Below are positions 1 through 12,571 of a DNA stretch of 64,000 nucleotides, in pieces. The first letter of the stretch is position 1. Each line of letters starts with the position of its first letter. The translations under genes and the position numbers were made by a program. This DNA is from Eledone cirrhosa. Lineage: Eukaryota. The stretch is taken from positions 317,254,001 to 317,318,000 of the forward strand of contig OZ024743.1 in the NCBI GenBank assembly GCA_964016885.1, written 5' to 3'. The notes beneath the pieces were generated by a model. The model ran no database searches and was not told where the DNA came from. It saw only the letters and a list, made by a program, of their open reading frames with translations.

Positions 1-2638
1 TAGTTCATCATACCGAGAACAATTGTTTCACCTTAGGAGATCCTCCTCTCATACTGGTCATGGTTATATGGAATAGGAAGAACAACCGTATGAACGCGCA
101 TGCACAGAAATGGTCACTTCACCCAAGCGATTCAAAGCCACGGGAGGTGTAAGGGAGATAACTGCAAAAGTCGGAAAAAATGTTTGAAATGATAAGAAAG
201 TTAGGATGTTATTGTTCAATCCAGAGCTTTGTAGTTATGCAAGAGGTGTTTCTAGACATGTGGACAGCGTGAGAAGATTTCATTTCTTGAATTTAGGCAA
301 TTGCTATTGCGTAATCTCCTTAGAATATTTATCCTTTCTTCAATACACAGTCCACACGACGGATTGCCCCTAGTGTATGGCTTGGACTTAGTGATGGCTT
401 TCCATTGAATAGAGTAGTCTATACCTGAGTCCTTGAGGGACCATACGTGGCTCGCGAGTTTCGTGGCTGATCATTTGTCCGGGTACCTAAAAGTCGACTG
501 ATGGTTCAGGAAGCGTTCCTTAAATCGGCCCTCCACCATACCCACATAGGATTTGGCCTCCCTTGGTTGATTTGGTCAGTTGGAAATGACCACAGCTTCA
601 TAAACTACAGCGGGTGTTTTGCATTGCTGTTGAAGGGGACAAGAGCATCCTGGTGAAGTGCCTCTCTTAGGACTGTTGGTGATGTGGGCCTTCATATTCT
701 TAGCGCAGGAGTACCCTAGTTTTACTCTGTGTCTGTTAAAGATGGAGTGGTATTTGTGACCTATGGGAAAGTCTCTATCTAAGAAGGCTAAAAAAAAATT
801 TCCTACATTAGTTTTAAGGTTGAGTGAGAAGGGAGGAGAGAATCAGATAGTTTGTCTATTGTTACGATTTTTTTCTTATTGCTGTTGGTGATGGGGGGGG
901 GGGGGGTAAGTAATTGGTTGCGAGAAGCCGCTGTTAGCTAACGCTGTGTTATAGTAGGGGGCCGCTCTGTCAAAGATAGCCTTATTAGAGGAGAGGTTAG
1001 AGATTCTAGTACTGATATTATTTACAAAGTTTCTAAAAACTGTAGGAGGGTGGCATGAGTCTTTAGGAGAGATGGTCACCATTTTAGAAGGCTGTGTTGT
1101 TTTTATGATTTAGAGGGGACTTCGTTTCCCTAGCTTGGCTGGTAGAACATCTCTTCTAATTGTTGTTAAGGTGTAGGTACACAATTAAGCAAAAAGAACA
1201 TACCTCGAGATTATATGTACATGAACATTTTAATCAGAGCAATTAACAAAACAGGTTATCATATCAGTTGTTCCTAGGTTGGTAATTCGTAATTATCATT
1301 AATTGGCGGTCTTCAATTATCCCGTGACCGCATGGTGTGCTATCGCTGTTTCGCCACCGTGAAACGCATCTGTTCGCCTCAAGAGACAAAAGTCGAAGAG
1401 AGAGTTTATTCAGCTACTGACGTTAGAACTAAGGGCAGTTAATCGACTGCCTCCAAAGTCAAAGCTAGGTGGCGTGATCTTCTACAAGTCCTTGTGTATG
1501 TAATTAAGTTTTTCGTTTAGTTTATGGAAGGGTCTGAAGGTATGTGTGCGAAGGTCTAAATTAATGTCTAAGAAATCTACGATAGAGAGGTTGGTAGCTA
1601 CTCTTATCCTAGGTCTTAACTCATTAAAGGTAGAAGTTAAGTCTTTTTTAAACCGGTCCAGGTCGTGACCACTTTTATGGTTTGATAAGGTCAGGCCATC
1701 GTCGCGGTATATTCCCGTGTGGAAGTCTGGGAATCTAAAACGTAATGTATCTAAAATAAATAGGCCAACCAAGTCGCATACGTCAGCACTGTTAAACGAT
1801 CCCATGGAGATGTCTAAAAGTTCTGAAGTGTTCGACTTCTTTGCCCAGGCTACTCCGTTGTTGAAGAAGAGGGTTTTCCGACAGTGTGCGATGATCTCCC
1901 TGTCTAAAACATGGACGGTAGTGTCAGTGGTAGCAAAGTCCAACGCTTTGTTTAACAGGGTTTCTGAGATCGACGGGTAAAAATCCACAATGTCGAATTG
2001 CGTGAACTTCGCTTTTTTGGAGTTGAAGAAGTTAAACAACTTAATGACTGAGTCGAGTCGCTGTTCTCCCATTGGGACAGGTTGGACTTGGTCCTAATGG
2101 TCGTAACTATGTTCCTAATTATAGCCTTACTGACTAGTCCCATTTCCGTGCGTGCTGTGGGTTTAGTAGTCTACACGTGGGATTAGAAGCAAAGTCTACC
2201 TTGTGATTCCCCAGGGTGAGAAACGCTTCACGCTTAGCTAAACATTGAAGCTTCTTATCTACCTTAAGGGTGGCAGCAAGGTCTTTGGCTTCAATATTGA
2301 TGTCGTGGTAGGCCATAGGGTTAGTCTTCTTATATTTAGAGGTAATAGTGTTATGTGCCAAGAGGCTGTAAGTAGTGTTGTCGACTTCGTAAATATTATT
2401 GGTTTTGTCAGAAAGGACGAAAGTGTTATTGGAAGAACTAAATTTCTTAATATCATTTCTAAGTTTAGTTTGGAAGGTGTTAGAGTGTTTGCGAAAGGAA
2501 ATGTTAGCGACTAAATCAAGAAGGTCCGCTTCGAAAGGAGCGAGTTAAGTTACCTTAGGAGGGTAGGCTCTCGATTTCAGGTTGAAGGTGTTACTGGTGC
2601 CTGTAATTTTGCCATCAAAAGCTAGGGCTCGCCATCTT
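1..2638 (-). mobile_element. Degraded Penelope-like retroelement, Naiad-type (RT + C-terminal GIY-YIG; 3' pLTR runs off the window start)
   Basis: ORF pieces give RT motifs FDIVDFYPSI, MGSFNSADVCDLVGLFIL and YRDDGL (1482-2072), plus SCHPP (876-1082). Manual translation of 270-700 shows GIY-YIG features (VVYEAV, CGLC, RCPH). Frameshifts and stops present; interrupted at about 1065-1486. Confidence 0.9.
1074..1486 (-). mobile_element. LTR retrotransposon 5' LTR (1083-1486) plus primer-binding site remnant, inserted in the PLE RT
   Basis: Minus strand starts TGTAGAAG and ends CTTCTAAA (7/8 terminal inverted repeat), then A-TGGTGACC (complement of a tRNA-Trp-type 3' end). It interrupts the PLE frame at YIHKD / KDSCHPP. 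Confidence 0.55.
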
Positions 2639-2649
2639 AATAAATATAC

Positions 2650-3094
2650 ATATAATAAATATACCATAAATTTCAGTAGCACCACTCCACATAAATTCCT
2701 CAATTTAAGAATGACCTGTAGTATCTATTCATACTATTAACCTTAATTGAATATATATCTGACCAGGAATGCCTTTTGTGAAAATCAGTCATATGGAACT
2801 ATTGTCATCTTGCCTGATGGTTTGAACTTTACAACACCACCTGCCTCTTTGAGGTCAAATACCAACCCTACTACCATCTACAAACTGACCAATGAGAATC
2901 AAGACTGTTCCTGCTGACAACATTAATTTATTCCTAACAAGCTCATATGTCCCATCAACACTATAAACACAGAGCTGGCATATCTAAGAACTGACTAACT
3001 GCCTGATGAGGTCATAGCCATTCAATGGCTATCATCGAAATATATATAGCAGTAAATAAAGGATTATGAGTTCATGCAATTGACTTATGTTTCG

Positions 3095-3098
<4 letters not shown>
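2650..3098 (+). mobile_element. 3' remnant of a Penelope-like element
   Basis: Residual C-terminal LPDGLN motif near 2810-2827, hammerhead at 2998-3053, AATAAA at 3055-3060, ends in (TA)n. Confidence 0.65.
2998..3053 (+). ncRNA. Type I hammerhead ribozyme, intact core
   Basis: ACTGC-CTGATGA-[stem II with ATAGCCA/TGGCTAT]-GAAA-TATATA-TA-GCAGT; 5-bp stem I, palindromic stem III. Confidence 0.9.
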
Positions 3099-3136
<38 letters not shown>

Positions 3137-3138
<2 letters not shown>

Positions 3139-3509
3139 TGGAACACTGGAAGGTAATATCCGTAGTGGTAGAGCACTCAGTCCAAGGGACGAGTTAGGTA
3201 GAAGTGGTTACACAACAGTTAGTTCACCATACCGAGAACAATTGTTTCACCTTCGCGGATCTTCAGCTCGGGATGTGTATGGTTATAGGAACAGGAAGGA
3301 CAACCGTACGAACGCGCATGCGCAGAAACTCGGTCACTTCACACAGGCAATACTAGACTGCGTGCGGGAAGTGTAAGGGAGATAACTGCGAAAGTCCGGA
3401 AAGTTTTTAGGTTGAAAATAAAATTTAAAAAATAAAAAATAAAATTACAAAGAATCAGTCCGGAGCCTTGTAGTTATGCAATAGATGTTTGGTGACGTGT
3501 GGACAACGT
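3137..3509 (-). mobile_element. 5'-truncated PLE 3' end / pLTR, same family as 1-270
   Basis: 3220-3509 aligns by eye to 1-270; contains the ORF end and a hammerhead; bounded by (TA)n. Confidence 0.85.
3232..3271 (-). ncRNA. Minimal type I hammerhead ribozyme with U10.1.U11.1
   Basis: CCGAG-CTGAAGA-TCCGCGAAGGT-GAAA-CAATTG-TT-CTCGG; a core-decayed paralog lies at about 9-52. Confidence 0.85.
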
Positions 3510-3519
3510 ATATATAATT

Positions 3520-4460
3520 AGATTCCGTCGCATTTGTTGGTATAACCCACCATATAATATGGAGGTGGCCACACCATTAGCTAAGATCTTTCTTTCCCTT
3601 ATTACGAAGCATTTTCCCCCTACACATAAATATAGTAAAATTTTTAATAGAAATACTATTAAAATTTCTTACTCTACGACTCCTAACCTTGCACATAACA
3701 TCTCAGCTTCAAATTTAGCTAAACTGCCTAGCCGTAGGAAAACGTGCAACCCTGTAGTTAGTACTAACTGTAATTGTAGGAATCGGGTTGATTGCTCCCT
3801 ATCCGGGAAATGCCTCTCTAGTAACATTGTCTACAAATGTGTGGTTGTAACACCCACGTCCCGTAGGGCCTACATAGGGTTAACCGCCAATAGATTCAAG
3901 CAGCGTCTTTACATGCATACCCATTCTTTTCGTTACCCTCTAAGAAGGAATATGACGTCACTTTCAGCTTATATCTGGAGTCTAAAAGACAACCACACCC
4001 AATATAAGTTACACTGGGAGATCCTAGCTAGGGCTAGATCGTATAACGGAAATAAAAGACCATGTGACCTCTGCGCCGCTGAGGCCCTGGAAATATTCTA
4101 CGCCACTGACCACATCTTAAACAAAAAATCTGAGGCAATTTCGGCTTGTAAACATAAATTGCACAAAACTTTCCTGTATTATAGCCCCACGTTATACCCT
4201 AACGGATAGTACGATCTATACGTGGATATTTTACGTCTTGATGTGGGAGCTAAGTATATGTTTTGTTTATACCATTACTTATTTGCATAGCGAACGTTTC
4301 CACGAACCAAAGTATCGTCTTCCTGTCTTCCTCCGGTTGCAACATTTTTTGAAATATCCACTTCTACGTTTACAGATTGACTTTGTTAGTTTCAGAAGAT
4401 CCCGTTAAGGGTGAAAGCAGCGATTATTTGCTTAAACTTTAATCTGTTATTTTAATAAAT
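3520..4460 (+). mobile_element. 5'-truncated Naiad-type PLE (RT thumb, CxCx5C linker, GIY-YIG, 3' UTR)
   Basis: ORF 3499-4209 contains WYNPPY, IFNRNTIKISYS, CNCRNRVDC, IVYKC..YIGLT..FKQR, CDLC..E and CKH; HHR-like motif and AATAAA (4454-4459) precede (TA)n. Confidence 0.92.
4372..4447 (+). ncRNA. Type I hammerhead, core variant or decayed (CAGAAGA)
   Basis: ACAGATTGA..AGTTT-CAGAAGA-TCCCGTTAAGGGT-GAAA-GCA..TGC-TT-AAACT..TTAATCTGT; two-part stem I and a true stem III. Confidence 0.75.
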
Positions 4461-4471
4461 ATATATATATA

Positions 4472-6422
4472 TCAAGATATGAAGACTGGGAAGGCAACCA
4501 GTCCATTGGGTATAGTTGTCGAGATGCTGAAAGCATCTGGGTCGGTAGGTCACACCATAACCACATGTATTGTTAACCAGGTAATACTAGAGGGTGTCAT
4601 ACCAAAAGATTGGTGCAGTAGCATCATTGTCAACTGCTACAAGGGTAAAGGTGATGCATAGAGGAAACTATAGAGGTATAAAGCTGATGGACCAGGTCAT
4701 GAAAGTAACGGAAAGAGTTATAGCACAGTTAATTAGGGACCGAGTAAAACTAGATGAGATACAATTTGGGTTTGTGCCAGGAAAAGGCACCACTGATGCT
4801 CTCTTCCTTGTGAGGCAGTTACAGGAAAAGTACCTAGCTAAAAGTAAGCGGTTCTACCTGGCATTTGTCGATCTGGAAAAAGCCTTGGACAGAGTGCCCT
4901 GTGCTATAATCTGGTGGGCTCTTAGAAAACTAGGAGTAGATGAATGGCTTGTGAAAGCTGTACAAGCCATGTATAGGAGAGCAGTCAGCAAAGTTAGGGT
5001 TAACAATGACTATAGCGAGGAATTTAGCATACAGGTCGGTGTCCACCAGGGCTCTCTTCTTAGCCCTCTCCTATAGTATTGCAGGCAATGACAGAGGAGT
5101 TTAAGATTGGATGCCCATAGGAATTCCTGTATGCGGATGATCTCACACTTATAGCTGAATCTATGGTGGAACTAGAGAAGAAATTCCAAACATGGAAGCA
5201 GGGACTAGAAAGAAAGCATCTCAAGCAGGGACTAGAAAGAAAGCCTCTCAAAGTCAACCTGACAAAGACTAAGGTCCTTGTAAGTAGACGAGAAAACAGA
5301 GCCCAGATCCCCTCAGGGAAATGGCCTTGCTCAGCATGTAGGAAAGGTGTAGGTAGGAACTCCATCTCTGCCCCAAATGCAAACAATGGGTACACAAGGG
5401 ATGTAGTGGGTCTCAGGAAACTTAGCTAAGAATGTAGTCTTCACATGTAGCAGCTGTACTGGGACAGCAAGCAGCAAGCGACCACAGGAAACAAGCACCA
5501 TCAAACTCTGGGAGGGCTTTGTAGAAACAGTGGACAGCTTTTGCCACCTAGGTGACTGAATTAGCAATGGAGGTAGGTGCTCAGAAAGTACAGTAGCCAG
5601 GGATGGAAGAAGTTCAGGGAGCTACTGCCACTGTTAACTGCAAAAGGCTTTTCCCTCAAAATAACAGGCAGACTGTATGATGCGTGCATATGAACAGCAA
5701 TGTTACATGGTAGTGAGACCTGGGCGCTGTCTGTAGAAGACTTGCGTAGATTAAAAAGTAATGATACTTGCATGCTCCGGTGGATGTGTAATAGTAATAT
5801 ACGCGAACGGCAAAGCATAAACGAATTGAGAGAGAGACTGAGCATAAGAGGAATCAAATGCTGTGTGCAGGTGAGGAGGTTGCATTGGTATGGACATGTG
5901 AAGCGTATGAAGGATGACAGCTGCATAAAAAGGTGCAGAGCACTAGAAGTCAATGGAGACCGCGGAGTGGGGAGACCCAAGAAGACCTGGGATAAGGTGA
6001 TAAAAGCCGACCTTACCCAATTGTACCTCTCAAAGGCGATGACACAGGACCGTGACCTCTGGTTTTTACACAGTAATACAGAAGACCCGACTTCCCATGA
6101 GTACAAGCTGAAGCTGAAGCATATAGACAATATGCCTCCACACCCCTCCCACTGCAAAGTGGTTGTGGAGGTGCCACGGCAAAAAAACAGCCAGCCCACA
6201 CTGTAAAGTGGTCGTGTACGTGCCACGGAAAAAAGCACCCAGCACTCATTGTAAATAAGGTTGGTGTTAGGAAGGGCATCCAACTGTAGATATCAAGCCA
6301 GAATCAGTTCCTGTATGAGCTAGACAAGGTCAGCTGACCAGGCACTGCCCACAACAGGACAACCCGTCTAACCCATGGTAGCGTGGAAGAATGGACGTAA
6401 AACGGTGATGATGATGATGATG

Positions 6423-6424
<2 letters not shown>
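4472..6424 (+). mobile_element. 5'-truncated, disrupted RTE LINE (same family as 48970-52865)
   Basis: RT fragments nearly match the 1039-aa ORF; YADD near 5130; 27-bp internal duplication near 5200-5245; (GAT)n tail. Confidence 0.95.
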
Positions 6425-6453
<29 letters not shown>

Positions 6454-6562
6454 CATATATATACATATATATATATACATGCATATGTATATGTTTATAT
6501 ACATATATATACATGTATATGTTTATATACATGCATATGTATATGTTTGTATATATATCTAT

Positions 6563-6642
<80 letters not shown>
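6423..6642. repeat. (TA)n compound microsatellite
   Basis: Direct reading. Confidence 0.95.
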
Positions 6643-6644
<2 letters not shown>

Positions 6645-7046
6645 GATTAGCAGCTTATTGCAGCAACATATAATTTATCACTCCCATCCCAGGAAGAACG
6701 ATAAACCTGTTGAAAAACTGAATCCAACGTTCGGTCACCAATGCCAGGAGCTTGCCTTTCAAGTAAGTCGGATATTTGATTTAGGATTCAAAGAAACATT
6801 TTGAGCGACTATTCGTTTAATTTGTCCAGGTGTACTTTTTCTCAACCTGATTAGTTCTATCGTTGCTCTGGTATATATATATTGTGTGTTAGTTTAGCCT
6901 ACCACAATGTTCGATTTGTCAAGCTATTTAAACGTATGTTATTACTATAAGGTCCTATCTTATCGAGTGCTTTGTAAACTCATCATTTCATATAAGTAGG
7001 CCGAATTCACTTGCAAACCGCCAGAGATTCGATTTTACTGATTTCC

Positions 7047-7112
<66 letters not shown>

Positions 7113-7226
7113 GTTTGTATATGTATAATAAAGCCAAAACAATGCAGGTATGGACATAGAATAAAGAATGCAAATGCAAAAGATATCGTTGACAATTAGT
7201 CTTTTACCTTAGATTTATTTAAATGT

Positions 7227-7261
7227 CCTTAATTTTCGAGATAATATCTCTTCTTCGGAGG
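7227..7261 (-). ncRNA. Minimal hammerhead-like motif (CCGAAGA core) in a probable PLE 3' remnant
   Basis: CCT-CCGAAGA-A-GAGAT ATT ATCTC-GAAA-AT-TA-AGG, then AATAAA and a tail ending at (TA)n near 7105. Confidence 0.6.
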
Positions 7262-7692
7262 GAAGTAAAGCGGTTAAACCAGTGTTCTAAATAGCTTGCC
7301 AAGTCATGCTGACAGGAAAACTGGAAGATCAAAATACAAAAAAATGTTTGCTCATTGGACTCCGGGGAAATGTTATGACAGAAGCTGTGGAAGCTACAGA
7401 AATATTCCATATATTTTTCCAGAGCAATCTCTATTTAAATTTCACATTTTACGTTTACTTGTCACCCATTGCAAAATGGCCATAAATTCAAATTTTGAAA
7501 AGAGAGGAAAAGGGACAAGTGAACTATGAACTTAATACATCTCACTGCCACCCCCTCCCCCGCGACCACAATAACGTCTACACTCGCTCCCCACCACATA
7601 AGTCATTACCCTATCTACACTAAGGTGTCTGACCTGTTGACAAACCCCTAACTTCTTTCTCTGTGTTGAATGTGTGTGTATATATATATGTA

Positions 7693-7736
<44 letters not shown>

Positions 7737-7929
7737 AGTCGATGCGACCAGATTTCAACACAGCAACAACAACAACTACAACAACAACAGCAACTACAAG
7801 ATTCAATGAGTACATCAAAGAATGAGTTTTACAGTAGATTGGAAGCACTCTACAAGTAAAAAATTGTTCTACAGTTATTAATATTAAAATACAAATATTA
7901 ATAAAATAGATGTTCTTTTGATCAATTAA

Positions 7930-7982
7930 ATTTTATTATACATATTTCAGAGGAACAACAGTACGTCCTCATCAGACAAAAT
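7930..7982 (-). ncRNA. Type I hammerhead ribozyme
   Basis: ATTTTGT-CTGATGA-GGACGTAC TGTT GTTCCTCT-GAAA-TATGTA-TA-ATAAAAT; same family as 12378-12446. Confidence 0.8.
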
Positions 7983-8662
7983 ATAATGATACATGACATA
8001 CCCTGAGATGTTAAATGGTTAAGATTTAATCAAAGTAGTGATTAACCTAAGAGAAAACTCAACATTTATACCCTAATAATGAGAAAATGCAAAAACGTAA
8101 TAAATTCAATAGAGGATGTATGAGTAAGAAAAACGTTGCTTAATGTGACAGCTATAGAGATTTTAAAATGTGGGATACTACAAGTTATGGTTATCTAGGA
8201 AAACGTCTCTTGAATTATAACTGTCCATGAAGGCAACTGATAGAAGATTTAAAGAGAGGGAAAGATAAAGGGGAGTAATATATGCAGAAAATATGTTTTC
8301 CTTAAAGGCTAAACGGTTAAGTTTCAAAATATTTAATTTATGTTATTTTAAGGGTGAAGAATCAAAATTTTAAGTTTTTTTTAAAGTTGATGGTTATTTA
8401 TATTTATTAATTTTATAAATTCTATAAATGTGTTAACATTTCTAAAATTCTGAATTTTATGAGGACAAAATTTAAAGGATTTACTTGGCCAGCGAAAGGA
8501 AAATTTACACTGTTGGATATTTTCATAAATGTAATCTTTAACAAAAATTACCTATAAGAATGTCAACATTTTCGGTATGCTTATGAAATACTTATTGTTA
8601 GAAATATCTAAAAATTAATTGTCAAGTAGTTAGTGTAATGATTAACGCAGAGTTTTCAGCCA

Positions 8663-8744
<82 letters not shown>

Positions 8745-9004
8745 GAATTATGGTAATAAATTAATATTGTTATATTATATTAAATCTCTATATAAGTTCC
8801 ACCTTCATGAGAGGAATAAACTCTAAATAATAAATATGCTATTGTACAAATATCTATATTTGCACAAACTATATATAGCGTTAAACCAAAACGGTAATTA
8901 TGTTATTATATACTATAGATATATATGCAAAAAAAAAACAAAAGCTGAGATATACGTAACTAATAATATGATTATGTCATTATACAGATACACTTATTTG
9001 CAAA

Positions 9005-9550
9005 AATAAAAATTAGGTATAGAGAGATATACTAAGTATTAATGAGCCAGTATACTTTTGGTAAATGATAACGAATATAAAATAATAGATTCAAACATGC
9101 TAAAGTTAAATACATACATATATATAAAAGAGTGTAAAGGCATGAATTATTCACAGTTCAAAATAAATAATCTAAAAATTTAAAAATTATCTAAAAATTA
9201 GGTATAGAGAGATATACTAAGTATTAGTAAGACAGTATACTTTTGGTAAATGATAACGATTATAATCTTATATAATAGATTTCAACATGCTAAAGTTAAA
9301 TACATACATATATATAAAAAGAGTGTAAACGCATGGATGATTCACAGTTCAAAATAAGGTCCGTAAAAATTTGCAGGTTGGATATTTGCACTATATTTAA
9401 ATCATGGATAGAAAAATATAAAGGTAGGTATATTTAAAAACTTACAAAAGATAAGTACATACATATTATAAATAAAGAAGTGTAAACACATGAATGATTC
9501 ACAGTTAAAAATAAGTTCTGTAAAAATTTACAGGTTGGATATTTAAACTA
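9005..9550. repeat. Diverged tandem duplications (about 185-bp and 160-bp periods)
   Basis: AAAATTAGGTATAGAGAGATATACTAAGTATTA near 9010 and 9195; GATTCACAGTT..GGTTGGATATTT near 9340 and 9495. Confidence 0.85.
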
Positions 9551-9654
9551 AAATTAAAACTTAGATAGGGAAATAAAGATAGAGAAATAATGGTATGGAT
9601 CAAAGTTAATAATATTATGTTATGTATATCAACGTGTCAGCGTGTTATTGAACG

Positions 9655-12330
9655 GAAACATCGTTATGCTAGCAGGGGACTTCAATGGTCATGTTGGACA
9701 GCTCCAGGATGGTTACATTGGGGTACATGGGGGGCACGGTTATGGCTCAAGAAATGAAGAAGGAGTGAGACTTCTTGAATTTTGTGATGCAAGTACACTG
9801 ACTATTTGCAACACTAACTTCCAGAAACCTGCCAACCACCTAATAACCTACAAATCAGGCGAGCACATAAGATTGACTTCTTACTAGTTAGGCAGCGGGA
9901 CAGGCAGTGGTGTCAAATACCAATGCATACCCTGGGGAAGAATGTACCACACAGCATAGGTTAGTCGTTAGTGATATCTCAGTAAGCAAGAGATGGAATG
10001 AGACATACAGGAAGGTGTGGAGAAGAAAGGTCTGGAAGCTAAAAGACCTTTCACTAAAATACAAATTTAGGAAAGCCCTTCAAGATGTGTATGACGAAAA
10101 AGAAGACGATTTAGAATCTTATGACATAGATAATACCTGGAATTTCTTATGTGACAACTTACTGCAGGCTACTGATGAAACTTGTGGTTGGAGCGGAGCT
10201 CCAACCAGACAGAGAGTGACCTGGTGGTAGAACAGCACAGTAGATAGGGCCATTAGAGACAAAAGACTAGTATGGAATGCTTGGAAAAAGAGTGGGAATA
10301 GAGAAGGATATACAGCCGCTAAGAGAGAAGCTAAACATCAGGTGTACTTAGCATGGAGGGAGGCTGAGAGTAGGAGGTTTGCCAATGTTCTGTGACGGGT
10401 AGATCAGAGGCGTGCGGTGTTCCAAATTGCAAGGCAGTGTGTCAATGCAAATCAGGATGTTGTTGGAGATAAATGTGTCCGGAATGATGCCGGTGTACTT
10501 AGTGTCACGAATGATCAGAAAAAGGAGGCCTGGAAATGTCATTATGAGAGACTGGTGAATGGGGAGAACGAATGGGAGAGAGAGAAATTACCCTCAGTAC
10601 ATCCGACAGAGGGACCAGCTATTGAGATTGACGAATATAGGGTCCAAGAGGCGATTAAGGAAATGAAAAATGGTAAGGCTGCTGGACCGTCGGGGATAAT
10701 TGCTGAGATGCTAAAGGCATCAGGGGACGTAGGCACTAAACTGGTTGCACGCATCATCAATCAGGCTATATATGGTGGTGTCATACCCAAAGACTGGTGC
10801 AGCAGTATTCTCATAAATTGCTACAAAGGTAAAGGGGATGCTCTGGAGAGGAGCAATTATAGGGGTATAAAACTGATGGATCAGGTTATGAAAGTGGCAG
10901 AAAGGATATTAGCACAACTAATTAGAGAAAGGGTCAAGCTAGATGAGATGCAGTTTGGTTTTGTGCCTGGGAAAGTACAACAGATGACCTCTTCTTGGTG
11001 AGATAATTACAAGAGAGGTTCTTAGAGAAGAATAAGCCACTATAATTAGCCTTTGTTGACCTAGAGAAGGCCTTTGATAGGGTACCCCGATCAGTCATCT
11101 GGTGGTCCCTAAGGAAACTAGGTGTTGAGGATGGCTTGTGAGGACAGTGCAAACTTTGTACAGAGGTACTCTCAGTAAAGTCAGGGTAGGAATGGAGTTT
11201 AGTGAGGAATTCCAGATACAAGTAGGAGTACATCAGGGTTCGGTCCTCAGCCCGCTCTTGTTCATTATAGTCCTTCAAGCCATAACAGAGGAGTTTAAGA
11301 CTGGCTGTCCAAGGGAACTTCTCTATGCTGATGATCTGGTTCTTATAGCAGAATCAGTAGAGGAGCTAGAGAATAAATTCTGGCTATGGAAATAGAAGTT
11401 GGAAGCAAGAGGACTGAGAGTGAACCTAGCTAAGACAAAAGTGTTGATGAGTAGAAAAGAGGACAAAACTCTGATTCCGTCGGGGAAATGGCCATGTTCG
11501 TTATGCAGAAAAGGAACTGGCATAAATTCTATAAAATGCACACAATGCAGATCCTGGGTACACAAGAGATGTAGTGGGATAGTAGGCAAACTAACAGGTA
11601 GGGAAAAATACGTATGCAGTAGATGTTCAGGGAAATTAAACAGTAGAAGTCGCATTGATAGACACATTTTTCAAATGCAGACGGGTGCTATAGAAGTGGT
11701 GAATAGCTTCCGGTACCTAGGAGATCAGATTAGCATGGGAGGTGGGGGGGTTCCAAGGCCATAGTATCTAGAATAAGGACGGGTTGGAAGAAGTTTAGGG
11801 AGCTGCTTCCTCTGCTGACGAAGAAGGGTTTCTCCCTGCGTACGAAAGGGCGGTTATATGATGCCTGTGTGAAGAGCGCGATGCTGCATGGTAGTGAGAC
11901 ATGGGCAGCAACTGTAGAGGATATGCGACGGCTGGAGAGAAATGAGGCAAGCATGCTCCGTTGGATGTGCAGTGTAAATGTGCGTGAACGACCCAGCATG
12001 AATGTGTTGAGAGAGAAACTGTGTCTGAAAGGGATAGAATGTAGTGTGCGAGAGAGGAGACTGCGGTGGTATGGACATGTGATGCGCATGGGGGATGACC
12101 GATGCGTGAGGGAGTGCCAGGAAATGCCAGTTGAAGGAAGACGTGGTAGAGGTAAACCACGAAAAACATGGGCGGACGTGGGGAGAACAGACCTCAGATC
12201 GCTGAAGCTCACGGTGGAGATGACGAAGGGCCGTGACAAGTGGAGAGATGCTGTGCTGAATAAGACCCGTCTCACCCTTGCAAGCAGGGAAAAGCGGACG
12301 TAAAATGATGATGATAATGATGATGATGAT
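9655..12330 (+). mobile_element. 5'-truncated, disrupted RTE LINE (second subfamily)
   Basis: APE motif AGDFNGHVG, RT YADD, PHD-type Cys cluster, RRLRWYGHV; ends CACCCTTGCAAGCAGGGAAAAGCGGACGTAAAATGATGAT. Confidence 0.95.
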
Positions 12331-12377
12331 ATATATTCAAAATATTAATAAATGAAAAATATTCTTATAACCAAAAT

Positions 12378-12446
12378 ATATATTTTATTATACATATTTC
12401 AAAGGTACAATGGTGTTTAAGTACGTTTTCATCAGATAAAATATAT
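12378..12446 (-). ncRNA. Type I hammerhead ribozyme, intact core
   Basis: ATATATTTTAT-CTGATGA-AAACGTAC..GTACCTTT-GAAA-TATGTA-TA-ATAAAATATAT (11-bp stem I). Confidence 0.85.
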
Positions 12447-12571
12447 GAGAGATTGTATATGCGACATACCGCTACGGTTTTGATTATTCAATTCCAGTAT
12501 ATCCAATCTCTCATATATTTTATTTGATGAAAACATACTTAAACGCCATTGTACCTTTGAAATATGTATAA

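Noticed and set aside
3499-4209. Selenoprotein-type Naiad (UGA at Cys positions plus SECIS)
   Set aside because: The conserved Cys codons read as Cys here and at 27642-27908; no convincing SECIS seen
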